Origin: an uncultured Clostridia bacterium
GTDB taxonomy: Bacteria > Bacillota > Clostridia > TANB77 > CAG-508
DNA: 64,000 nucleotides
Assembly (NCBI GenBank): GCA_934167175.1
Contig: CAKPKF010000001.1
Span: forward strand, 57,804-121,803
Direction: 5' to 3'
This document shows, in pieces, positions 9,401 through 18,400 of this stretch. The first letter of the stretch is position 1. Each line of letters opens with the position of its first letter. Below the pieces are notes generated by a model, which saw only the letters and a list, made by a program, of their open reading frames with translations, was not told where the DNA came from and made no database searches. The translations under genes and the position numbers were made by a program.

Positions 9401-11018
9401 CATTTAAGTTTACAAATTTAACTTCTGCTATTTTATCCTTTTCTATAGTTACTTCTTGTGGTGTTGTATCTAAATCATATCCACTTGGAGCTTTTGTTTC
9501 AACTATTTTGTATTTACCTACTTTTAAACTTTCACTTGTAGCAATACCATCTTTTTCTGTAACTAAGTGACCAACTTTCTTACCATTAATATTATATATA
9601 TCAAATTCTATTCCTGCTTTTGCAATTTGGTTGCCATCTTGATCTACTTTTATAAGTTTTACTTGTCCTTCGCCTTCCCCATTATCTGGAATTTGAATTT
9701 CCATTCCTGTGTATGCATATCTTCTTTCTGCTTCATCTACGATTATTACAGTTTGATATCTTAACTTATTGTAATATTTAGATTTATTGGCTTCAAACAA
9801 GTCTACTAATCTATAAATTGAAGCATCAGATTCTAATACTCTAGTACTCATATTGAATTTTTCAATTTTTGCATTATCGCCTATATTAACATTTCCTAAT
9901 TTTTTATTAATAACCACATAAAATTCTTCTCCTGGAATAGGTGCATCTATTTTTTTCATGTTTCCATCTCTATATTCACTAGCTTTTACTTTAAAAGTTT
10001 TTCCATCACTTGTTTTTCCAGAAATGAATGTTTCATAAACACCTGCAAAATCTGTTATTACTTTTTCATCTTTATGTAGTCCAGACTTTGAATCTATTCT
10101 TCCTGTACTCTTATTTACTTTTAAATTATCATAATATGATATTGTTTCTTCATGATTGTATGCAAAAGTTGCTACAAAAGGGCCTATAACATATTTATCA
10201 GTTTCTTCTTTTACATTAAATTTATCTTTATCATATTTAATTTCATTTTTTATATTATCTTCTTTTGTTTTAGCTATAAATTCACCATATTTAGTTGCTA
10301 TTTGTGCTAATTTTGTATTTTGAGTATATGACTTAAAAGAAAGAGCCGGCATTTCCGTACTTTTATATAATCCCCAGATAGCCTTTTGTCCTTGATCTTG
10401 TTCATGGTCAGAGTTATTATTATATATTTTTTCTTTTCCTGATGCCAACGCATATGCTAATGCTGACTGTTGTTTTAATAATTCACTCTCTTTAGCCGAT
10501 TTTGAATTTACATTATCATATGCCGCTAAACCATATATATGGTTTTGATCGTGTGGCACACCTTCTGTATACCTATATAATGGTAAATCGTGTCTAACAC
10601 AAAATAAAAACTTATTTTTTATTAATGAATTTAAATCAAACTTAAATCTATAATGAGAATATTTTTCTACATAACTATCCTCTTTGGTTAAGGTACTAGA
10701 TTTTGAGCGGTAATCCTTACTTTCCGCATATAAAGCACTTTTATCATTATCTACTCCCCCAGATGATGGGAAAAACTTTTTTGTTTTAGTATTATAATCT
10801 TTATAATACCACCCATTAGAAAAGTATACATTTTGATTAAATGTTTTTGTAGTGCCTCCTAATGTTGCCTTGTGAGTTACTTTTTTCGTATCTGTTATGC
10901 TTTTTAATCCAGATTTACTCTCTCCTACGAACGTAAATGCAGCATTTGCCACACAGCTTGTACACAATATTAATATTAGTACAATAATCGAAGTCAAATA
11001 TTTTAGTCTTTTATTCAT
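6438..11018 (-). CDS. Giant surface adhesin A (~1526 aa): putative thioester domain + 2 SpaA/Cna-B-type domains + SdrD-B-like domains + C-terminal sorting-like signal
   Basis: Signal peptide LILCTSCVANA. Thioester-type motifs FLFCVRH and GQKAIW. Tandem units VKLIKVDQxGxQ...KYKIVETKAPSGY. SdrD-B-like segments GVVWLDE / VVWVDETQVENNERTGNG...DGKYSF. The C-terminus is VPSTGQ + hydrophobic helix + KRKV. The likely start is the ATG at 11018 (GGGAG 8 nt upstream), which overlaps the stop of the upstream gene. Confidence 0.75.
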   Translation of the reverse strand: MNKRLKYLTSIIVLILILCTSCVANAAFTFVGESKSGLKSITDTKKVTHKATLGGTTKTFNQNVYFSNGWYYKDYNTKTKKFFPSSGGVDNDKSALYAESKDYRSKSSTLTKEDSYVEKYSHYRFKFDLNSLIKNKFLFCVRHDLPLYRYTEGVPHDQNHIYGLAAYDNVNSKSAKESELLKQQSALAYALASGKEKIYNNNSDHEQDQGQKAIWGLYKSTEMPALSFKSYTQNTKLAQIATKYGEFIAKTKEDNIKNEIKYDKDKFNVKEETDKYVIGPFVATFAYNHEETISYYDNLKVNKSTGRIDSKSGLHKDEKVITDFAGVYETFISGKTSDGKTFKVKASEYRDGNMKKIDAPIPGEEFYVVINKKLGNVNIGDNAKIEKFNMSTRVLESDASIYRLVDLFEANKSKYYNKLRYQTVIIVDEAERRYAYTGMEIQIPDNGEGEGQVKLIKVDQDGNQIAKAGIEFDIYNINGKKVGHLVTEKDGIATSESLKVGKYKIVETKAPSGYDLDTTPQEVTIEKDKIAEVKFVNLNVGSGQVKLIKVDQNGKQIKESGIEFDILNEKGEKVDHVTTGTDGTAVSKRLPTGKYKVVETKAPSGYEINSTPQEVVLQKDKVAEVKYTNIKVTQRIDIEGVVWLDEGSTKGNDLDYTIGANEKKLEKITVKLYGVLGGTKTTVTDSNGKYKFEGVPADGIENFNVEFEYNGQKYESIETLKKGVIDQNTGTIRYENTDKYDPNVSKAKEDVLDRKKYNSKFSEITAGRTTSGIKLNYDSKVSDSGNKVSTIKYDSDEFNIKSSTSSAGIKFDSKDIAEQGFRLHVNLGLKKRPEFDLYLYQNMYKANVKVNNADGIIDYDKRNGVGYDDSGWAKVDVKESAMKEELYSNITKENVEALKEVENQPLATQEQKLQVYLTYVIGVKNESGVVGTSKEIVSYYDDIYQVDNIQFATRNRNDFTVTGEKVKYSDKSKYGNEQKIDGKNAVYIQTEKTLKNNEFYYVLVTVKLKNPAAALRNLYTTGAEVRSINYAEINGYATELGLIDRDSAPGNFDVGNYKFKQTAIEDDEAPSPVYIYKVNEPDTPTDNRNGKVTVQGVVWVDETQVENNERTGNGIKEDGEKTLGGVNVRLLKEDNSEVTSQTTKADGKYSFERVEPGNYKVQYVYGANKDYNVQDYSSTKRTIDTSSDWYNKTDAIRSAAEDDDSRESYNKKYKNMTYKNYEKMAEDTEKATVSANTPNFSISDGQEGTLSVNFGIAERPHVNVKVEKSINELKIKLVNNSFLSKGITNIASANNNRKKVNMYKVEADDSLLQGATLLVKYNYKIINNSETGYERGKKVSGIVKAINLVDYIPNGLVVDTSSVTDKWEQIDVSTEQAKAQYKKDYELSNDVNLQTQGTIIKPTGNNELLDTLNPKDSKEVSVQTSTVIDMASNNDAYYKFNTLELVNLENGQGRRDESSIPGKFSPDDATGTDSDPNKYDSYVAASEEISVVPSTGQKDIHYKMTLTALFSGLIIAVGVILIKRKV
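9125..9668 (-). repeat. In-frame tandem duplication (period 276 nt) encoding two SpaA/Cna-B-type domains in adhesin A
   Basis: GQVKLIKVDQDGNQIAKAGIEFDI...KFVNL is followed by GQVKLIKVDQNGKQIKESGIEFDI...KYTNI. The unit starts map to 9668 and 9392. Confidence 0.7.
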
Positions 11019-14000
11019 TTGACTCACTCCCTTCTTTTATTTTTGCCTTTTTTACATTATGTTTTTTCACATATATACAAGCAATAGTTACACCCATTAT
11101 TGTAATTATTGTTCCTATGTATATTACTGTTTTTTTATTTTCATATGTTGTTATACTTATATTAGCAGATGAAATATCATCTTCTGTCTGCCTATTGTTG
11201 TTTGGTGTTGAATCATAGTCTAAGAGTGTTTTTTCATTATAATCTTCTGATATTTCTACCATATTATTAATTATATTTGTATCATTTGATATATTTTTAT
11301 CAAGTATTAAATCTACCTCTTTCGACTCTCCTACCTCTATTATATCATTTTTTAGTGCATACGTACAGACTTTTTCGTTATTTTTTATATCCCAATTAAC
11401 ATTTTTTTCTTTTTTTATCACTAAATCATCTCCAAAATATGCACTAATTCTTTTTGCATACCCAGGTACGTTCCCATCATTTGAAACTACAACTTTATAC
11501 TCTATTTCCATACTAGCATTATTTATAATGCTTCTAGGAATATTTATCTTAGTTGACTTTATATTTTTATAGTTATAAATTTTTTCTTTTTTATTACTGT
11601 TTATTGTTATTTTACTAATATATAACTTCAAGCTTAAATCAAATTTACTTTTTTCTATTAGTCCTAAGTTTATATTTTTCGTTGTGTTTTTTTCTAATTT
11701 TATTTTATTAGACATAGCTTTATGAACTAGTTGTTCATTTTCTTCTGTTTGTATATCTATTACATCTGAATTTTTCGTGTTTGCTGTCCCATTTATCCTG
11801 TATTCTGTTATATCATAATCTTGGTTGTTATAATCAAATTCGACTATATAACTTCCATTTTTTAAGTCTTTAAATTCATATTGTCCTTTTTTGTTTGTTT
11901 TTGTTTCTTGGCATATTTCATTATTTTTTGTATCACGTATTCTTACTTCTACGTTTTTTATATTTTTTTCTTTTTCGTCTACTTGTCCATCTTTATTTTC
12001 ATCTACCCATACACAACCTGTAACAGTGTTACTTTCTTTTATACTATTATTACCTATGTCTTCTTCTTTTTTATTTATTGTATGAGATATCAAATTTGTT
12101 TTCACTACTGTGCTTTTATTAATTTCCATAGTAGCATAGTTGTTAATTTTGTTTTTTTCAAATACTTTACCTACTTTGGCTTTTACTTTTATAACAAACG
12201 TTTTTCCTTTTTCTATTGAATTATCAATTGTTAATGTGTTGTTATATGCCGTATATTCTAAGATATTTTCTCCTTCTATTCCATATTCTATTTTTTCTAG
12301 AACAATTTCATTTGGTAATACATCTTTTACTTTAACATACATTTTTGACTTTAAGCTTTTATTTTTTACTTTTATAATATACTCTAAATTTTGACCTTCC
12401 GTCACTTCTTTACTTGTTGGACTTTCTATGCTAAAAGTGTATTTTGGTTGTTCTATTGTCGAAGATATAAAATTAGATTTATAATTCGTCTTATCTATTT
12501 GCACAATAACTTGGTCATTTATTTCTTTGTCAACTTTTTCAATTACTTCTAAATCTAACTTTACTACTGCTTTTTGCCCTTTAGCAAGTTTTTTTATTTT
12601 ATATTTTAGTGTTTCAGATTTTTCATCATATTTTTCTCTAACTTTGACTTTTTCATATCCGCCTTGTGAATTATATACTTTTGCATCTATATTTTTATAT
12701 TTTAAACCATATGGAATCTTTTCCAATATATTCACATTTTTTATTTCATCTTCAGAAATGTTGTCTATATACAAAATATATCTAATTTTAGAACCTTTTT
12801 CTAAAATTTCTCTTTCTTCATACTCATTTCTAAATTTTACAGATATTTTTGCCTTTTTTACGTTGTTTATCATTTTTTCTGTAAGTATTTTTTGGTCTTT
12901 TACTTCTACTAAAAACTCATTTTCTATTTTATCTTGTCCTAAATTAACCTCTACTTCGTATTCTTTAATTGCTGTTTCGCCAATATCTAAAGTATCTATA
13001 TTCCACTCTTCATTTTTTATATCAGGCTTTTTTACTAGTGTCATAAATTCTTCTTTGTTAGGATCATTCTCATATTCTAAACATGTTGTTCCATCAGGTA
13101 CTTTAGATTTTATTTTTATGTTTTCCAAATTTTCTAAACTCGTATTTGTTATTTCTACTTTATATGTAATGATTTGTTTTTCATATACATCTTCACCATT
13201 ATTTACAGATGCAAAAAATTTTACTTTCACTGGTTCTATCTCAGATAAATCTATTCCTGAAGGAGTAATATAATTTATTTCTTTTGCATCTGTTCCTCCG
13301 GTTTCATCATACTTGGTAGCATTTTCATTTTTGTATCTCATAATTATTTTATCGGTTTTATCTTCTTTTAATTTTTTAGTTATCACATTTAAATCTACAA
13401 TTATATTTGTCCCCTTAGTTATTAATCCTATGTCATGTTCAGTTTGAATCCCATCTAATTCTATTTTTATTACTTTATGTTTAAATTCATTTTCGATAAC
13501 TTCTTTAGATTTTATTTTTAGTTCGTCCTCATAAAGCATTTTTACATCTTTTATTTCTACATTTTCTATGTCTTCTGGCATTTCAAATTCTAATATAGGG
13601 TTTTTATATAATTCAAACTTTTTATCATCCTTTCTTAATATAGCTTTTAGCTGAATTTCGTTTTTTAATTCAGTTGATAATCTGTTTTTATTTATTTCTA
13701 ACTCTGCTTTAGTTATTACATCTTCTAGCTTTGTTTTGGATTCTGTAGAAATACTAGTAATTGTATTATTTTGTTCAGACATGCACTCTATTTTTAGATT
13801 GTTTTTAAGTTCTGAAAATTGTTTTATTTGTTCTTTATTATATGTTGTAAGTCCTTTTATGTATTGCTGGCTTTTTATTAATACTCTTCCTGCTTCTATC
13901 GGTTTGCTTATCTCCAAATTTATATTTGACAGTTGCTTATCTTTTAAATTTATTAAGTATTCATTATTTTCTGTCAATTCTGTATCTTTGTTTATTGTAG

Positions 14001-15378
14001 CTTGTAAAACATTTCCACTAAGTACTTTTATGTATCCGTTTTGACCTAAATTTTTATCAAAATTTTCTTTACTTACTCTTATATTTTCATATACTATATT
14101 ATTTTCAATATCAATCACTTGGTTATCATTTGTCGCTATGTTATTCTCCGGTGTTAAACACAGTTTATTTATCAGGTTTGTTTCATATATATTTAATTTT
14201 ATTTCACTTGAATACTCTGTTTTATATGAATCTTTTCCGGCTATAAACTCTTTGTATATTTTTTCAGTTGTTCTGATATATGCATCTATTATCTCGCCTA
14301 CTTTTTCTTCTAATTTAACTGTTTCATATGAAGTTTTTTTAATTTCTGATACAGTATTATTATATGCATGTATTATGCTATCTGCTTGTAATATTACAGA
14401 ATCTCCAGTGTCTTTAATTTTTTCATATGCTTCTTTTGGAAAGATATATGTAATAACATATTCATCTTTTCCTTCTTTTTCCCATTTTATTTGTTTTTTT
14501 TCATCTATTTTGTTATCAACTGTAATGCTAACTTTATTAGTTGTTTTATTATAAACCCAATTATTTTCATTAAAATTATTACCACTATTGTCTCCATTTG
14601 TTGCCATTGTCTTATATGAATCTACTCTTACTTCTTCTGGTTTTATTCCTTGTATTTCTGGAACTTGAACATTAATTTGAGTCTGCTTTATTGGTAATGC
14701 ATTATCCTTTAAGTTAGATGTCACCTGTTCCTGTACTAATATTCCCATTTTTCCTTCTATATTATATGGTATATATTTTATTATTTTTTGACTTAACTCT
14801 GCTTCTGCATTCTGTGTCCACTCTTTTTTTATTTTTATTTCTTTATATATGTTCTCTTCTTTTCCATTTTTATTTATATATTTTCCTGAAAATTTAACAT
14901 TGTTTAACAACGCAAAATAACCTAAATCAAATTTCTCATTTTCTATAGATTTTATTGGTATTTCCAATTCCATTTCTGATGATTTATCAATTTGGTTTAA
15001 GTTAATTAAATTTTTTTCTATACTTTCTACATACCTTGAGTTTTCTGGCAAATTTTCCATTACAAAATTTGCATTTACTCCTTTTTCACCTTTTGTTTCT
15101 ATTTTTGCATTTTTTAAATACCCTTCTTCTACTTTTACATATATGTATAAACTTGATTTTTCATTTATATTAGACAACAATTTATGAGTTTTATCTGGAT
15201 TTTTAAAATATATATCAAATTTAACATTTTTTTCATTTGTATCTATTGTTTGTGCTTCTAAATCTTTTACTACATCTGGCTCTTCATATGGTTTAGAATA
15301 AAAATATTTTAAAAGGAGAAAAACAATGCTTAATATTACTAATATTATAATAGATACTATTATATATTTTTTTTGCAT
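11011..15378 (-). CDS. Giant surface protein B (1455 aa): N-terminal signal anchor, several DUF11-type repeat domains, one SdrD-B-like domain, C-terminal TM anchor
   Basis: AGGAGG RBS. DUF11-like units (ITYKVEITNTSLENLENIKIKSKVPDGT, IRYILYIDNISEDEIKNVNILEKIPYGL, LEYIIKVKNKSLKS...VKDVLPNE). Calcium-loop-like CVWVDENKDGQVDEKE. A DYDSTPNNN...EDD motif. C-terminal TM + KKHNVKKAK without a TG sorting motif. Confidence 0.75.
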   Translation of the reverse strand: MQKKYIIVSIIILVILSIVFLLLKYFYSKPYEEPDVVKDLEAQTIDTNEKNVKFDIYFKNPDKTHKLLSNINEKSSLYIYVKVEEGYLKNAKIETKGEKGVNANFVMENLPENSRYVESIEKNLINLNQIDKSSEMELEIPIKSIENEKFDLGYFALLNNVKFSGKYINKNGKEENIYKEIKIKKEWTQNAEAELSQKIIKYIPYNIEGKMGILVQEQVTSNLKDNALPIKQTQINVQVPEIQGIKPEEVRVDSYKTMATNGDNSGNNFNENNWVYNKTTNKVSITVDNKIDEKKQIKWEKEGKDEYVITYIFPKEAYEKIKDTGDSVILQADSIIHAYNNTVSEIKKTSYETVKLEEKVGEIIDAYIRTTEKIYKEFIAGKDSYKTEYSSEIKLNIYETNLINKLCLTPENNIATNDNQVIDIENNIVYENIRVSKENFDKNLGQNGYIKVLSGNVLQATINKDTELTENNEYLINLKDKQLSNINLEISKPIEAGRVLIKSQQYIKGLTTYNKEQIKQFSELKNNLKIECMSEQNNTITSISTESKTKLEDVITKAELEINKNRLSTELKNEIQLKAILRKDDKKFELYKNPILEFEMPEDIENVEIKDVKMLYEDELKIKSKEVIENEFKHKVIKIELDGIQTEHDIGLITKGTNIIVDLNVITKKLKEDKTDKIIMRYKNENATKYDETGGTDAKEINYITPSGIDLSEIEPVKVKFFASVNNGEDVYEKQIITYKVEITNTSLENLENIKIKSKVPDGTTCLEYENDPNKEEFMTLVKKPDIKNEEWNIDTLDIGETAIKEYEVEVNLGQDKIENEFLVEVKDQKILTEKMINNVKKAKISVKFRNEYEEREILEKGSKIRYILYIDNISEDEIKNVNILEKIPYGLKYKNIDAKVYNSQGGYEKVKVREKYDEKSETLKYKIKKLAKGQKAVVKLDLEVIEKVDKEINDQVIVQIDKTNYKSNFISSTIEQPKYTFSIESPTSKEVTEGQNLEYIIKVKNKSLKSKMYVKVKDVLPNEIVLEKIEYGIEGENILEYTAYNNTLTIDNSIEKGKTFVIKVKAKVGKVFEKNKINNYATMEINKSTVVKTNLISHTINKKEEDIGNNSIKESNTVTGCVWVDENKDGQVDEKEKNIKNVEVRIRDTKNNEICQETKTNKKGQYEFKDLKNGSYIVEFDYNNQDYDITEYRINGTANTKNSDVIDIQTEENEQLVHKAMSNKIKLEKNTTKNINLGLIEKSKFDLSLKLYISKITINSNKKEKIYNYKNIKSTKINIPRSIINNASMEIEYKVVVSNDGNVPGYAKRISAYFGDDLVIKKEKNVNWDIKNNEKVCTYALKNDIIEVGESKEVDLILDKNISNDTNIINNMVEISEDYNEKTLLDYDSTPNNNRQTEDDISSANISITTYENKKTVIYIGTIITIMGVTIACIYVKKHNVKKAKIKEGSESNE

Positions 15379-15398
15379 ATTTTTCCTCCTTTTTCTAA

Positions 15399-15436
15399 AA
15401 TATGAGAAGCAATCCTTAATAGGTTGCTCTCATATT
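15399..15436 (-). terminator. Candidate partial terminator/attenuator hairpin between adhesin genes C and B
   Basis: Imperfect stem AATATGAGAAGCAA / TTGCTCTCATATT with one bulge, in the 68-nt gap. On the minus strand it is followed by TTTTAG and then the AGGAGG RBS of gene B. Confidence 0.35.
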
Positions 15437-15446
15437 TTTATAATAA

Positions 15447-18400
15447 TCATGTTTTCTTTTTTATTATAATAATTCCAACTGCTAGTATTGTTAATCCTGC
15501 AATTGCTATTACATATGGTATTCTCTTATCACCAGTTTCTGGTGTTAGTACTAACTCAATGTCATCTTCAGCACTATCCCTAAGGTTTACTCTTCCGTCT
15601 TCTAATTTTGGCTCCATATCTCCAAGATTTATTCCTGTTAAAGTTTTTCCAACATCGTTTTCAGTTTTTGTTGCCTCTGTTGATGTTGTAAGATTTATAT
15701 CTCCACTATTAATTGTAACTGGATCTATAACTTTACTTACTTGGAACTTAGCCTCTTCTTCTTGATCTGGAATTAAAGGTTTTTTTATGTTTGATTCTCC
15801 ATCTGTTATTATAATGCTATTATTAGATAAACTATTTATAACTTCATCTTTTACACTATTTTTAAAATCATCTTTACCTACTTCTTTCCATCCTTGATCA
15901 CTGTTTTCTTTGTCAAAAATCAAACTGTTTGGTATATATACAGCTAATTCATTTATTGCAGTTGTAACAACATCACCTTTAGCAATATATGCACCGTTTG
16001 AATCTCTTTCATACCTTTCTGAATAATTATCAGCTTCACCTGTGAAATCTGTATCTCCTGTATTTCTAACAATCGCCTTATAAACAACAATTACGCTACT
16101 ATTAGTTAATGCTGAATCGCTTATTTCCAAATCATATGTTGTATCCTTTGACTCAGTACCTTTTCTTTTTTTATAACCATCTATATCACCTGCAACATAT
16201 TTTAATCCTTTACCACTTTTTGTACTATCCATAATTAAATCTTTACTATCTGAAATTACAGTTACTTTATCACTTGCAATTACTTTTATACTATCTATAT
16301 ATACAGATACTGTTAATCTTGATTCTGGTCTTCTAGCTACACCAAAATCAATATTATATTCTTTAACATCTGGATCGTTCATATCTTCTGTATATTCTTT
16401 TGCTAGTTTAAAGCTTGGTGTATTTGCCCATATTTCTTTCTTTTCATCAGTTGTACTTTTGCTTTGTTCTTTTTCTCCATTTATTACATTTCTTCTAGCA
16501 TTATCTTCTTTTGCCATTGAAGTAGCAGAATTGGTTGTATTTTTATACCAATTTTCATCAGTTGTATCTATACTTTCAGCATTAAATATTGTTGCCTCAT
16601 AGTTTTGTCCATCATCTATTTTGTAACTTACATGATATGTTCCTTCTTCTGGTGGAATAAATTTATATTTTCCATCAGTTCCTGTTGTAGCTGTTTCACT
16701 CCAAGTTCCACCTTCTTTTTCTATTTTTACTTCTACACCTGCTCGTGGATTATCTTTTTCATTTCTGTCTGTATCTAGATCATTAGGATTGTTGTATCCA
16801 TTACCTACCTTAGCTGTTGCATTGTTCTTTCCTGTTGCTGTAGCTGATAATACATCATTCCATACTGTTCCAGTTATGCTTGGTGTCACTTCTTTTACAT
16901 CTGGTAATCTTATTATAAATTTAGGAGATTTTGCTTCATCATCTTCCAATAAACCTTGTCCTATTTTTAAGTTTCCTGGTGCTGAGTCAAAATCTATTAA
17001 TCCCTCATCTGTATAATAACTTTTTATTTCAGCATAATTTATACTTGTTTTTCTAGTTGTTTCATCATCTGGGTTATAATTTGGTAAACTTCCTAACGTT
17101 CCTTCTGGATCTTTTAGTTTTTGTCTTACTAGTATGTATACTTTTTCTCCTGACCTTAATGATTTTGTATTTGCTATTTTTAATTCTGAATTTGTTACAC
17201 TATATTGCACACTTTCTGTCGCAGTATAGTCTGTACCACTTCTTCTAGCATAGCTTACACTATCTACAGTAAATATACTGTTATCATAATAATCTACTAT
17301 ATCTTTAGGCATTCCTATAACACCTGATTGATTTTCTAACTCAAGTATGTAATCTACATATAATTGAACTCCTGCAAATGTTCCTGAACTATTTTTATAA
17401 TTTCTGCTTATTAAATTACCTGTATCATATATTAAACTTTCATCTACTACTATTTTTGCCCATTCACCTTCGTATCCATTTTGTGATCTTTTATTGTATA
17501 CTTGACTACCTTTTTCTTCTTCTACACCACTGTCATTTACTTTTGTTACGCTTGCTTTATATATATCTTTAAATAGCGCAAAGTCAGTTGTTGGTCTTTC
17601 CTTTAACCCTAGATTTACATTTAATCTAAATCCATCTTGGTTCATGTCAGCTGGTTCAAAATTTATTCCTGCTAATTTAGTAGATGCTGTTATATTTGGA
17701 AAACTATCATAATTAACTTTAGATATTTTTTGGTTACCACTTGTTGTTTCGGTATATGTTAAACCGCTATTGCTATCTATTGTTTTATATTTTTCCGTAT
17801 ATGCTGTTCTATTTGAACCTTCTTCCGCTTTCGAAACTGTTGTATCATATTTATCTGTGCTTGTATATGTTATACTACCATTTGAAATCACACCTTTTTG
17901 TAATTTTGGAACTGATTGATATTTTTGACCATTATATTCAAATTCTACATATAAATCCTCTAATTCTGATGTATTTACATTATCGAATTCATACCTTCCA
18001 GAACTATCTGTTTTTGTTGTTTGTGTTCCTTTTGATCCACCTTGTAACTTAACTGTAACTCCAGCTACTACTTGATCAACATTTGCATTATATACGTAAT
18101 CTAATGCAGTTTCTTTTCCCATATTTCCTGGTCTATCTAACCATACAATACCTGCTATTTTGGTTGTTGGGGATGTTGGATTTGCAAATCTATGCTCCAC
18201 AGTTGTATCTCTTTTCACAGTTACTGTATCAGTACTTGTTCTTATTGTATATCCTGCTGGCACACTTACTTCTTTTATTGTATATGTTCCTTCTTCTAGC
18301 TCTCCTGTTGTTGCTTCACCATTTGCATCTGTTTCTAGACTAGCTACCGTTTGTCCTGTAGAAGATATTACCTCAAATTTTATTCCTTTTATTGCCCATT

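Noticed and set aside
9125-9668. Regularly spaced direct repeats, here and at 18177..18722, considered as a possible CRISPR-like array
   Set aside because: The periods (276 and 282 nt) are far too long. The units are diverged, in frame, and encode Ig-like adhesin domains. No cas genes are present.
11881-14554. Many plus-strand ORFs of 60-250 aa inside the giant adhesin genes, such as 12527..13273 and 14138..14554. Similar ones occur at 5550..5969, 16789..19422, 21563..21994 and 23435..23806.
   Set aside because: All lie antisense to long, motif-rich ORFs, lack RBSs, and translate to F/L/S/I-rich low-complexity sequence. They are frame shadows caused by codon bias.
15367-15374. A8 tract directly after the start codon of adhesin gene B (ATG CAA AAA AAA), considered as a slipped-strand phase-variation switch
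   Set aside because: Lysine-rich AAA runs after start codons are common throughout this AT-rich window (PBP2, mreD, LCP and GldG-like genes show the same). Nothing singles this one out without population data.
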